Below are positions 19,791 to 28,423 of a DNA stretch of 64,000 nt, in pieces. Position 1 is the first letter of the stretch; each line of letters begins with the position of its first letter. The notes beneath the pieces are model-generated. The model made no database searches. It had not been told where the DNA came from and was given only the letters and a program-made list of their open reading frames with translations. The DNA lies in the NCBI RefSeq assembly GCF_049075655.1, contig NZ_CP157522.1, positions 1,280,001 through 1,344,000 on the forward strand, in the 5' to 3' direction. The position numbers and the translations under genes are program-made. This DNA comes from Methanothermococcus sp. Ax23 (lineage in GTDB: Archaea > AGJL01 > Methanococci > Methanococcales > Methanococcaceae).

Positions 19791-20921
19791 ATGAATACAT
19801 TTGGAGAGATGTTTAGAGTAACGACATGGGGAGAAAGTCATGGGAAGGCACTTGGTGCAGTAATTGACGGGTGTCCATCAAATTTGCCCCTTACAGAGGA
19901 GGATATACAAAAGGAGCTCAACAGAAGAAGACCTGGATACAGTCTTTTTTCCACACCACGAAAGGAAGCCGATGAAGTTGAATTACTCTCGGGAGTTTTT
20001 GAAGGAAAAACAACAGGAACTCCAATTTCAGCATTAGTATATAATAGAAATCAAAAATCAAAGGATTACAGTAAGATAAAGGATACTCCAAGACCCGGAC
20101 ACGCAGATTTTACCTATGGCGTAAAATATGGTAATTACGACTACCGCGGAGGCGGAAGAAGCAGTGGAAGAACTACAATAGGGCATGTTATAGGTGGTGC
20201 AGTTGCAAAAAAACTTTTAGATTATACTCATAATATCAAGATAGTAGGGTATGCTGTGAAAATTGGGAAGATTGAAGGAGATTTTAACTACTATTCAAAA
20301 CCTGAGATATTTAATCTAAATAATATCGATAATATAGTTGAAAAAATCGAAAATAATCCATTGAGGTGCCCCTCTTCAAACTCTGATGAAATGAAGGATT
20401 ATGTGCTTAATGCCATGGAAAACAAAGATAGTGTTGGAGGAATTGTGGAAGTGGTGGCATTAAATGTTCCCGCAGGCGTGGGCAATCCAATATTTGGAAA
20501 ACTCAATGGAGAGCTCGCAAGTGCTATGATGAATATAAATGCAGTTAAGGGCGTGGAGATAGGAAGAGGTTTTGAAAGTGCAGAGGTCTATGGAAGCGAG
20601 ATGAACGATGAATATTATTATGATAGTGAAAACAATATACAACTAAAAACAAATAACTGCGGTGGAATATTGGGAGGTATAAGTTGCGGAGCTCCGCTTG
20701 TTTTAAGGGTGGCAATTAAACCAACGCCATCAATTTCAAAAATCCAAGAGACTGTCAATATAAAAACAGGACAAAATCAGGAGATAGAAATTGGTGGGAG
20801 ACACGACCCAATAATTGTTCCTAGGGCAATTCCTGTTTTAGAATCTATGGTTGCCATTACTCTTTCAGACTTGATGATTAGAGGAGGTTTTATTCATCCT
20901 TGTAGATTACCTCAAAAATAA
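19791..20921 (+). CDS. aroC: Chorismate synthase
   Basis: GESHG, RPGHAD, GGGRSSGR, GRHDP. Confidence 0.97.
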   Translation: MNTFGEMFRVTTWGESHGKALGAVIDGCPSNLPLTEEDIQKELNRRRPGYSLFSTPRKEADEVELLSGVFEGKTTGTPISALVYNRNQKSKDYSKIKDTPRPGHADFTYGVKYGNYDYRGGGRSSGRTTIGHVIGGAVAKKLLDYTHNIKIVGYAVKIGKIEGDFNYYSKPEIFNLNNIDNIVEKIENNPLRCPSSNSDEMKDYVLNAMENKDSVGGIVEVVALNVPAGVGNPIFGKLNGELASAMMNINAVKGVEIGRGFESAEVYGSEMNDEYYYDSENNIQLKTNNCGGILGGISCGAPLVLRVAIKPTPSISKIQETVNIKTGQNQEIEIGGRHDPIIVPRAIPVLESMVAITLSDLMIRGGFIHPCRLPQK

Positions 20922-20975
20922 AAATAAAATAAAAAAATAAAAAATATAATAAGAGAGGTAAAAGCTTTATATTAT

Positions 20976-22447
20976 TACGATAAACCGCCGAGAAAGCCAA
21001 CGATTTTAATCGTTATACAAAACAAGGTTTTGTAAAATCTCTTATGAGATTGGATGAGAGGCGGACATCATTTTTTTTATATGCTCCACTACATAATATA
21101 TGAGTGTAATTAGAATAATAGCATATATATAAATTTGGTGAATTCCATGCAAGTAACCAGAGTGCTGACAATAAACCTAACCAGAAGTTTGAGTAATGAA
21201 CAATTAACAATCATAAACCATTTAACCTACTCGGCATCAAAACTCTGGAATGTATCAAACTACGAAGTAATGCAACGAAACATTAAACCAAATAAAGCAG
21301 ATGTTCAAATGAAAAACAACTTCTGGTTTAAAAATCTTCATTCACAGTCAGCACAGGCAGTATGTCAAAAACTCACAATAGCATGGGATAACTTTTTTAA
21401 ACAACACACTAAAAGACCACGATACCAACCAAAAGATGGACACTTTCCAGTAAAATGGAAAAAACAAGGTTTCAAAATCATAAACAATAAATTAAGATTA
21501 TCATTATCTAAACAAACTAAAAACTATCTCAAAGAAAAGCATGGTATTAAGTCCAAGTATTTATGGGTAGAGTTATCGAAAACTCTACCGCTTGATACCA
21601 TGCAGGTTAAAGAAGTTGAAATAGTTCCACATAAAATCTACGGGATAACTTATTATATGCTTCATTTAATCTATAAGAAACCAGTAATTCAAGAACCTAT
21701 CAAAGAAGGTAATATATTAAGTATTGATTTAGGAATTAAGAATTTAGCAACCGCAGTAATTAATACGGGCAGTGCGATAATCTACGATGGAAGAAGGTTA
21801 ATTTCTAAATTTCGGTGGTTTGCTAAAAGTAAAGGAAAAATCCAATCTACCCTAACAAAGCAAGAGTTAAAATATAATAAACGATTATCCCGCTTAACAG
21901 TAAAGGAGAAAAACTACACTAAGGATTATCTACATAAAATAAGTAAAATGATTATCGATTTTGCAGTAGATAATAAAGTTTCAAGGATTGTAATCGGCGA
22001 GTTAAACAAAGGCATTTCAAGTATTGACATTGGAGATAGGGTTAATCAGCAATTGCATAGAATACCTTTTGGTAGGTTAGTAAGTATGATAATGTATAAA
22101 GCAGAAGAAAAGGGATTAACAGTAGAACAGGTTAATGAATCTTATACTTCTCAAACTTGTAGTAATTGTGGTGTGGTTAAAAAGAGCAATAGGAAGTATA
22201 GGGGTTTGTATGTGTGTAGTGAGTGTGGCATGGTTTTGAATGCAGACATTAACGGGGCTTTGAATATTTTAAAAAAAGTATCGCATAAGGTAGCCCTGAA
22301 TCTCCTAAACGGAGATAGGGGTAGTGGGCTTGGCAACCCATGTAGGGTTAGACCCTGCTAAAATTAGACGAAATCACTTCGTGATTTCGTTGCTCGCTTA
22401 CTACCGTAAGCGAGAACCCCACGATTTTAATCGTGGGAGTATGTCAG
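20976..22447 (+). mobile_element. IS200/IS605 (IS1341-type) tnpB-only element, complete copy
   Basis: TTAT before the left end, subterminal hairpins AACGAT-TTTA-ATCGTT and CCCACGAT-TTTA-ATCGTGGG, terminal TCAG; no tnpA; boundaries from comparing copies (about 1 nt uncertainty). Confidence 0.9.
21147..22361 (+). CDS. tnpB: TnpB RNA-guided nuclease
   Basis: RuvC-I SIDLG, RuvC-II region VIGEL, zinc finger, RuvC-III NADING; GGTGA RBS. Confidence 0.93.
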   Translation: MQVTRVLTINLTRSLSNEQLTIINHLTYSASKLWNVSNYEVMQRNIKPNKADVQMKNNFWFKNLHSQSAQAVCQKLTIAWDNFFKQHTKRPRYQPKDGHFPVKWKKQGFKIINNKLRLSLSKQTKNYLKEKHGIKSKYLWVELSKTLPLDTMQVKEVEIVPHKIYGITYYMLHLIYKKPVIQEPIKEGNILSIDLGIKNLATAVINTGSAIIYDGRRLISKFRWFAKSKGKIQSTLTKQELKYNKRLSRLTVKEKNYTKDYLHKISKMIIDFAVDNKVSRIVIGELNKGISSIDIGDRVNQQLHRIPFGRLVSMIMYKAEEKGLTVEQVNESYTSQTCSNCGVVKKSNRKYRGLYVCSECGMVLNADINGALNILKKVSHKVALNLLNGDRGSGLGNPCRVRPC

Positions 22448-22467
22448 TACAACAATAACAATAATAT
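22288..22467 (+). ncRNA. Predicted omegaRNA/reRNA overlapping the tnpB 3' end, plus flank-derived guide
   Basis: Covarying hairpins among three copies (ATCTCC/GGAGAT vs ACCCAT/ATGGGT; GTAGGGT/ACCCTGC vs ACCCTAC); ends are approximate. Confidence 0.7.
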
Positions 22468-22494
22468 ATAAATTCCAAAATATGGAGGGGTTTT

Positions 22495-23418
22495 ATGAAA
22501 GATATTGAAATATTATCAAAAAAAGATGTATTAATTCCAGCAGATGTTCCAGCAAATAAAAAGGAAGAATATATAAAAAATTACCTTGAATTAACAAAAA
22601 ATACTGGAAGGTTAATGCTTTTTGCAGGAGACCAAAAAATAGAGCATTTAAATGATGATTTTTATGGTGAAGGCATATCAAAAGACGATGCCACTCCTGA
22701 GCATTTATTTAAAATTGCTTCAAATTCAAAAATAGGGGCATTTGCCACACAGTTGGGATTAATAGCAAGATATGGTATGGATTATAAAGATATAAACTAC
22801 ATAGTTAAAATAAACTCAAAAACAAACCTTGTTAAAACTTCTCAGAAAGACCCAATAAGTAAGGCATTAGTTGATATAAATGATGTTGTGGAGTTTAAAA
22901 ATAATTCAGGGCTTAATATTTTAGGAGTAGGTTATACAATATATTTGGGAAGTGAATTTGAACATGAAATGCTTTCAGAGGCTTCAAGAATAATTTATGA
23001 TGCTCATAAAAATGGATTAATTACCATATTGTGGATATACCCAAGAGGAAAGGCAGTTAAAAACGAAAAAGACCCTCATTTAATAGCAGGAGCCACAGGT
23101 GTTGGGGCATGTTTGGGAGCAGATTTTGTTAAGGTTAATTATCCCGAATGTGAAAATCCAGCTGAAGCATTTAAGGAGGCAGTTTTAGCCGCAGGTAGAA
23201 CAAAAGTAGTTTGTGCTGGTGGGAGCTCCACAGACCCAGAGGCATTTTTGCAGAGGTTGTATGACCAAATACACATAAGCGGTGCAGCAGGAAATGCCAC
23301 AGGTAGAAATATTCATCAAAAATCCTACGAAGAAGCTGTAAGAATGTGTAATGCAATATATGCCATTACCGTTGAAAATAAAACAGTTGATGAGGCTTTA
23401 AAAATATATTATGGATAA
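22495..23418 (+). CDS. Class I (DhnA-type) fructose-bisphosphate aldolase, MJ1585-like DKFP synthase
   Basis: FAGDQKIEH, GADFVKVNYP Schiff-base lysine, ATGRNIHQ. Confidence 0.9.
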   Translation: MKDIEILSKKDVLIPADVPANKKEEYIKNYLELTKNTGRLMLFAGDQKIEHLNDDFYGEGISKDDATPEHLFKIASNSKIGAFATQLGLIARYGMDYKDINYIVKINSKTNLVKTSQKDPISKALVDINDVVEFKNNSGLNILGVGYTIYLGSEFEHEMLSEASRIIYDAHKNGLITILWIYPRGKAVKNEKDPHLIAGATGVGACLGADFVKVNYPECENPAEAFKEAVLAAGRTKVVCAGGSSTDPEAFLQRLYDQIHISGAAGNATGRNIHQKSYEEAVRMCNAIYAITVENKTVDEALKIYYG

Positions 23419-23454
23419 TTATTCTAAATTTTTCTTATATTTATATTATTTCAA

Positions 23455-23910
23455 TTATAACTGTTTTTTCAGCATATCAAAGGCTTTCTTTAAATCTCCT
23501 GTTTCAAGTAATGCCTTTTCAATGTCTTCCTTTTTAAATCCTTTTTTTTCAAAAAATTCCACAGCCTCCTCAAAGAATTTTGAATTTTTTAAAATCTCCT
23601 CAGCGAGCTCCTTCTTCAACTCCATATATTCATCTTCGCCCATTCCAATCCTCAAAAGGTCGCTATCTCTGAAAGGACAGGGTTTTGTTATTTTACAGCA
23701 CCATACCAAACTACCAAAGCAGGTGTTTTTCCCTTCACCTAATCGTGTTTTTTTTCCAAAATCTTCCTTTATCTTTATGAATTCCTGAGGAGTCATTTTT
23801 AATACATTCAATGCGTTATAGATTGGACAACCTTTTACAGGAGGACAGCAAAAGGCAAGACCTCTTAAATCTCCTCCTCTACATACATGAGACGGTGCAT
23901 TTTCCCACAT
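23455..23910 (-). CDS. Methanogenesis marker 9 domain protein
   Basis: PSHVCRGGDLRGLAFCCPP and CFGSLVWCCK Cys-rich signature. Confidence 0.85.
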   Translation of the reverse strand: MWENAPSHVCRGGDLRGLAFCCPPVKGCPIYNALNVLKMTPQEFIKIKEDFGKKTRLGEGKNTCFGSLVWCCKITKPCPFRDSDLLRIGMGEDEYMELKKELAEEILKNSKFFEEAVEFFEKKGFKKEDIEKALLETGDLKKAFDMLKKQL

Positions 23911-24020
23911 TTTATTTCCTCCGTGTATATTGTATATTAATTATAGTATAGACAAAAATATAATTTATATTATATATACTATTTCATTAGGATTACTATT
24001 ATAATATTAATGGTGAAATT

Positions 24021-24644
24021 ATGAAAACAGTGCATTTTGACAGTATTTCTGCATTGATAGTAGATGATAAAAAACTGGATTATACAGGAAGTGAAATAGA
24101 ACCCCTTTGGGCATTTAAAAACTTCAATATTCAAAAGGATAGTATAATCGCATTTAACGGAGCTCTCAATGTGGGCATCAAAAACATGAAGGATTTGAAG
24201 GATGTTAAAGAAGAATCAAAATATGGGGATATTTTAATAAAATCATCAAATGCCATAAACTTCATAGTGGAGCATTTTGATAACCCTGATTTAAAGATGA
24301 TATATTTAAGACAGAGGATTTTAGTATCCATAGCAAAGGAAATAATAGAAGAAATAACCAATAAACGATTAAAAAGAAGTGGGGATGATTTATATTATAA
24401 AGATGGTAAATTATCCGTATGTATAGCTTGCCGTGGAATATCCTCAGCAAAGATACACCTCGGTATAAATGTGTCAAATGTGGGAGCTCCCGAGTATGTT
24501 AATACCTCTTCATTGGAGGATTTGGGAATTGATATAAATGATGATATGAACATAATCAGTTTAATGAAAAAAATAGCAACCAAATATGCGGAAGAAATGG
24601 ATAAAATAGAAAAGGATATGAGAAAGACATTGTATTTAGTTTAG
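24021..24644 (+). CDS. DUF366 family protein
   Basis: YTGSEIEPLWA, FIVEHFD, RSGDDLY, IHLGINV. Confidence 0.8.
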   Translation: MKTVHFDSISALIVDDKKLDYTGSEIEPLWAFKNFNIQKDSIIAFNGALNVGIKNMKDLKDVKEESKYGDILIKSSNAINFIVEHFDNPDLKMIYLRQRILVSIAKEIIEEITNKRLKRSGDDLYYKDGKLSVCIACRGISSAKIHLGINVSNVGAPEYVNTSSLEDLGIDINDDMNIISLMKKIATKYAEEMDKIEKDMRKTLYLV

Positions 24645-25523
24645 TTCTCTTCTTTTTCTTAATATCAAATACATAATTAAAGATATTGCAATTAGTGTTG
24701 TGGATATTGGGATTGGTGTTATTATAGGAGTTCCTCCCCCCTCCCCCGCCACAATATTCCCCAACAATCTTTCCAAGTTTTCAGGAGCTTCTGAACTCAC
24801 ATTAATAGTATCGCCAATAGTGGTTCCGTTGAATCCATTTATAATATCGGAAGTATTACCTATCAATGGAGCAAAGAATACAACACCAGTGTCATTAAAC
24901 TCCTCAGCAGTCATTGTTCCATTGTATAACTTTTCAATTTCCTCTGGCGTTAATGTCTTATTGAATATACCTACTCCAGATACATTTATATCAGCACCCC
25001 ATATCTCTTTCCACGGTCTATTGGCTATCTCTAAACCAGAGTTAATATATGTCGTATCATTCCTAAAATTTGAAGTTAAAGTTCCAGTTTTGAAATCAGT
25101 TTTACTATAAACTTCTTCTCCATCTTTATATATTTTAACGGTACCAGTGTTTCCGTCATAAGTTAAAACAATATTTTGATATTCATCGGGCGTTAGTTGA
25201 ACATCAGTTTCAATCCAATACCACGAATCGCCTACTCCATCATTATTTGTATCTACATTAATAGCATACTTTATTTTGTTATCTGTGGTCAATGCAACCT
25301 CATAAGTATTTTCCTGATTCACTATAATATCATAATCAGTGTTTTGATTGTCAGTTGGTGCAACCCAGAAAGAAATAGAAAGCTGGTCGCTTCCTGTCAG
25401 TTGTGTAACATCCTGAGAACCATCGTATCTTAATGTAGAATTATCTCCCCAATTGGAAAGGTCACCATACGCAGTGTTAAAAAATAATACCAAAATGCCC
25501 AATAATGTTATAGCTTTTTTCAT
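24636..25523 (-). CDS. Secreted LamG/concanavalin-like protein with PIP-CTERM-like anchor
   Basis: Signal peptide; SISFWV, IVLTYDG, KIYKDG, IFNKTLTPEEI; C-terminal TPIP + hydrophobic helix + RKRR. Confidence 0.8.
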   Translation of the reverse strand: MKKAITLLGILVLFFNTAYGDLSNWGDNSTLRYDGSQDVTQLTGSDQLSISFWVAPTDNQNTDYDIIVNQENTYEVALTTDNKIKYAINVDTNNDGVGDSWYWIETDVQLTPDEYQNIVLTYDGNTGTVKIYKDGEEVYSKTDFKTGTLTSNFRNDTTYINSGLEIANRPWKEIWGADINVSGVGIFNKTLTPEEIEKLYNGTMTAEEFNDTGVVFFAPLIGNTSDIINGFNGTTIGDTINVSSEAPENLERLLGNIVAGEGGGTPIITPIPISTTLIAISLIMYLILRKRRELN

Positions 25524-25616
25524 AACCACCACCGAATGTTCAGTGAGATGTACAATATATATTTTGATAATTGTAAGTTAGTTATAATATCGCATACAGT
25601 GGAAGGTTATATTTAA

Positions 25617-26633
25617 CTATTTCTCATTTGTTTCAATCTTAAATCCATTATTATTCCCCTTTGTAATTATTACATCCCCCTCAATACCATTTTTATCAAA
25701 GAATTCTTTGGAGGTTTCGACTACCTTTTGTATGCCCTCTTTTCCATTGCATATGGAATAAATCGTCGGTCCAAAACTTGACAGTCCGCTATATGACACT
25801 TTTTGAAGAGCTCCTAAAAGTTCCTTAACAATATCTTTTTGGAGCTCCACTTCAACTTTTTTAAATCCAATATATTGTAATTCATTTACAACTTCCCCAA
25901 AGGATTTTATGTCATTTTCAATTACTGCGGGCATCATTTTCATTAATATTAAATGACACATCCTTTGAGTTTCGTTTAATGGTATTGGGCAGTATTTTTT
26001 AAAAATATCTATCTCTTTATCGCCGTAAATATTTTCTCCTTTTGGAATGGTTAAAACAACATCCCAATTAAAATCATGTCTAAACAGAAGGGGCGGAGCT
26101 CTCACATTTTTTGATGCTGATGAAGGTCTAAAATCCTCTTTATCCTTTCCTTTTCCAAAGGTATGACCTCCGTCAATTATAAATCCTCCTTTTTCAAATG
26201 CATTAACTCCAATGCCTGATGTTCCTCCCCTACCTGTAATATTTGAAAGAGTTTTTCCATCCAATTCCTTATTATATATCATTGATATTAATTTTCCAGT
26301 AGAAAGTGCCATTTGAGTTCCACTTCCTAAACCACTGTGTTGAGGTATTATATTTTTTATTTTTAAATAAATACCCTCCTCCCCAATGTAGTTTAAAATT
26401 TTCTTTGAAATATTGTATATTCTTTTTTCTATCTCATTTTTATTGATATTGTTAATATTATTCAATATATTTTTGTCAAATTCTATCTCAATATCTGAGC
26501 TCCCCCTCCCTTCAACTATAAAATTTGGATGGTTTAATGTAATACCTATACCTCCATCTACCCTGCCGATACTACCGTTCAAATCTATAAGCCCTAAATG
26601 AATCCTTGAAGGGGATATTATTGTTAATTTCAT
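25617..26633 (-). CDS. mptG: Beta-ribofuranosylaminobenzene 5'-phosphate synthase (methanopterin biosynthesis)
   Basis: PSRIHLGLIDL, HSGLGSGTQ GHMP motif, GRGGTSGIG. Confidence 0.9.
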   Translation of the reverse strand: MKLTIISPSRIHLGLIDLNGSIGRVDGGIGITLNHPNFIVEGRGSSDIEIEFDKNILNNINNINKNEIEKRIYNISKKILNYIGEEGIYLKIKNIIPQHSGLGSGTQMALSTGKLISMIYNKELDGKTLSNITGRGGTSGIGVNAFEKGGFIIDGGHTFGKGKDKEDFRPSSASKNVRAPPLLFRHDFNWDVVLTIPKGENIYGDKEIDIFKKYCPIPLNETQRMCHLILMKMMPAVIENDIKSFGEVVNELQYIGFKKVEVELQKDIVKELLGALQKVSYSGLSSFGPTIYSICNGKEGIQKVVETSKEFFDKNGIEGDVIITKGNNNGFKIETNEK

Positions 26634-26659
26634 AATATTCACCGAAAAAAGAAAATTTA

Positions 26660-27124
26660 TTAAATTAATGCTTCTATTAAATCTCCTCTTGTAATTATGC
26701 CTACAAGTTCTCCATTTTTAATTACAGGTAGCCTTTTAATTTTATTTTTAGTCATTACTTCAGCTGCTTCATTTATTGAAGCTTCTGGTGAAATGACAAT
26801 TACATCCTTTGTCATTATATCTTTTACCTTTGTTTTTAATGCCTTTTCAATATCCTCCCTAAATTCTTCTATTTTTAACGTTGTTTTTAAAGGTAGTTCA
26901 ATTAAATCAAAAGGGGATGGCAATACAATATTAAATTTTTCGTCATGGGTTGTAAGAGTTTTTATAATATCACTTTCGGATATAATCCCAACAAGATTTC
27001 TATCATCGTCTATTACAGGAGCTCCGCTAATCTTATGTTCTCTAAATAATTTAATTACATCCCTAATATCGTTATTTTGATTAACAACAATGGGTTTTTT
27101 CATTACAGAATCTACATTAACCAT
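26660..27124 (-). CDS. CBS domain protein
   Basis: Two CBS repeats (ISGAPV..GIISESD; IKRLPV..GIITRGD). Confidence 0.9.
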   Translation of the reverse strand: MVNVDSVMKKPIVVNQNNDIRDVIKLFREHKISGAPVIDDDRNLVGIISESDIIKTLTTHDEKFNIVLPSPFDLIELPLKTTLKIEEFREDIEKALKTKVKDIMTKDVIVISPEASINEAAEVMTKNKIKRLPVIKNGELVGIITRGDLIEALI

Positions 27125-27235
27125 AAAATCACCAAATGATAATTATAATAATTTTATATTTATAATATAAAAAACTACGATAATATAATAAATTATAGGT
27201 ATAAATATATATGACATTCTTTCAATATAAACCTG

Positions 27236-28423
27236 GTGAAAATAATGCATATAAGAATTAACAATGGTATCAATGAGTGTGATATTTACTTAATAGGCAC
27301 AGCTCATGTTTCAGGCGAGAGTATAAAGGAAGTTGAAAGAGCCATAACTGACATAGACCCTGATTTAATAGCTGTTGAACTGGATGAGGATAGATTTTTT
27401 GCTATCACAAACGATAATCTCAATAAAGCTAATGGTAAAAATAACATCGATATATTAAAATTAATAAAGGAGGGGAATGTAGGTCTTTTTTTGGTTCATA
27501 CGATTTTAGCAAATTTTCAAAAGGATATTGGGGAGAAGTTTGGTATAAAACCAGGCAGTGAAATGAAAAAGGCAGTGGATTTAGCCATAATATACAATAA
27601 ACCAATATCTCTAATAGATAGGCCCATAAATATTACATTGAAGCGTGCATTAAAAAGCATGAGTTTAAAGGAAAAATTAAGCTTTTTATATGGAATTTTC
27701 GAGGATAAAGACGGCATGGAATTGGATGAAAAATCGTTAAATGAAATGGTGAATAATGCAGAGGATTTAATCCATGTATTAAAAGAAGTATCCCCTTCAA
27801 TATATGAAGTTCTCGTAGATGAAAGGGATAAATTTATGGCAAAAAACATTTTTGAAATTAGCAAAGGGAAAGAAAGAATATTGGTGGTTGTGGGGGCAGG
27901 TCATTTAAAAGGAATAGCCAATTATTTAAAAAAGCTTGAAAAAAATGAAATAGATATAAATTTAAAGGAATTAATGGAGATAAAAAAAGGAAAAAATTAT
28001 TTTAAAATGGTATTCTCAGTAATGATATTGTGTATTATATTATATGGATTTTATTCAATATCCTCAAATCCCGAAGCCCTAAAAAAACTAACTATTGATT
28101 GGATTCTTATAAATGGTAGTTTGTCTGCACTAGGGGCAGTTCTTGCCCGTGGGAAGATTCCATCAATTATTTCGGCATTTCTTGCGGCACCAGTCACATC
28201 TTTGATTCCAGTAATTGGAGCAGGTTATGTTGCAGGATTTGTTGAATTGAAATATAGGGGCATTACAACAGAGGATATCGACGAATTGTTTAAATCCGAT
28301 GATTTAAAAAGGTTAATGAATAACAATGTGATAAGGGTTTTAATGGTTGCAACACTTTCCAGTATTGGAAGTGCCATTGGGACATTTTATTTTGTTCCAG
28401 GATTTTTAGGACATTTGTTTTAA
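27236..28423 (+). CDS. TraB/PrgY family protein
   Basis: IGTAHVS, AVELD, ERDKFMA, VVGAGH and C-terminal membrane helices. Confidence 0.9.
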   Translation: MKIMHIRINNGINECDIYLIGTAHVSGESIKEVERAITDIDPDLIAVELDEDRFFAITNDNLNKANGKNNIDILKLIKEGNVGLFLVHTILANFQKDIGEKFGIKPGSEMKKAVDLAIIYNKPISLIDRPINITLKRALKSMSLKEKLSFLYGIFEDKDGMELDEKSLNEMVNNAEDLIHVLKEVSPSIYEVLVDERDKFMAKNIFEISKGKERILVVVGAGHLKGIANYLKKLEKNEIDINLKELMEIKKGKNYFKMVFSVMILCIILYGFYSISSNPEALKKLTIDWILINGSLSALGAVLARGKIPSIISAFLAAPVTSLIPVIGAGYVAGFVELKYRGITTEDIDELFKSDDLKRLMNNNVIRVLMVATLSSIGSAIGTFYFVPGFLGHLF

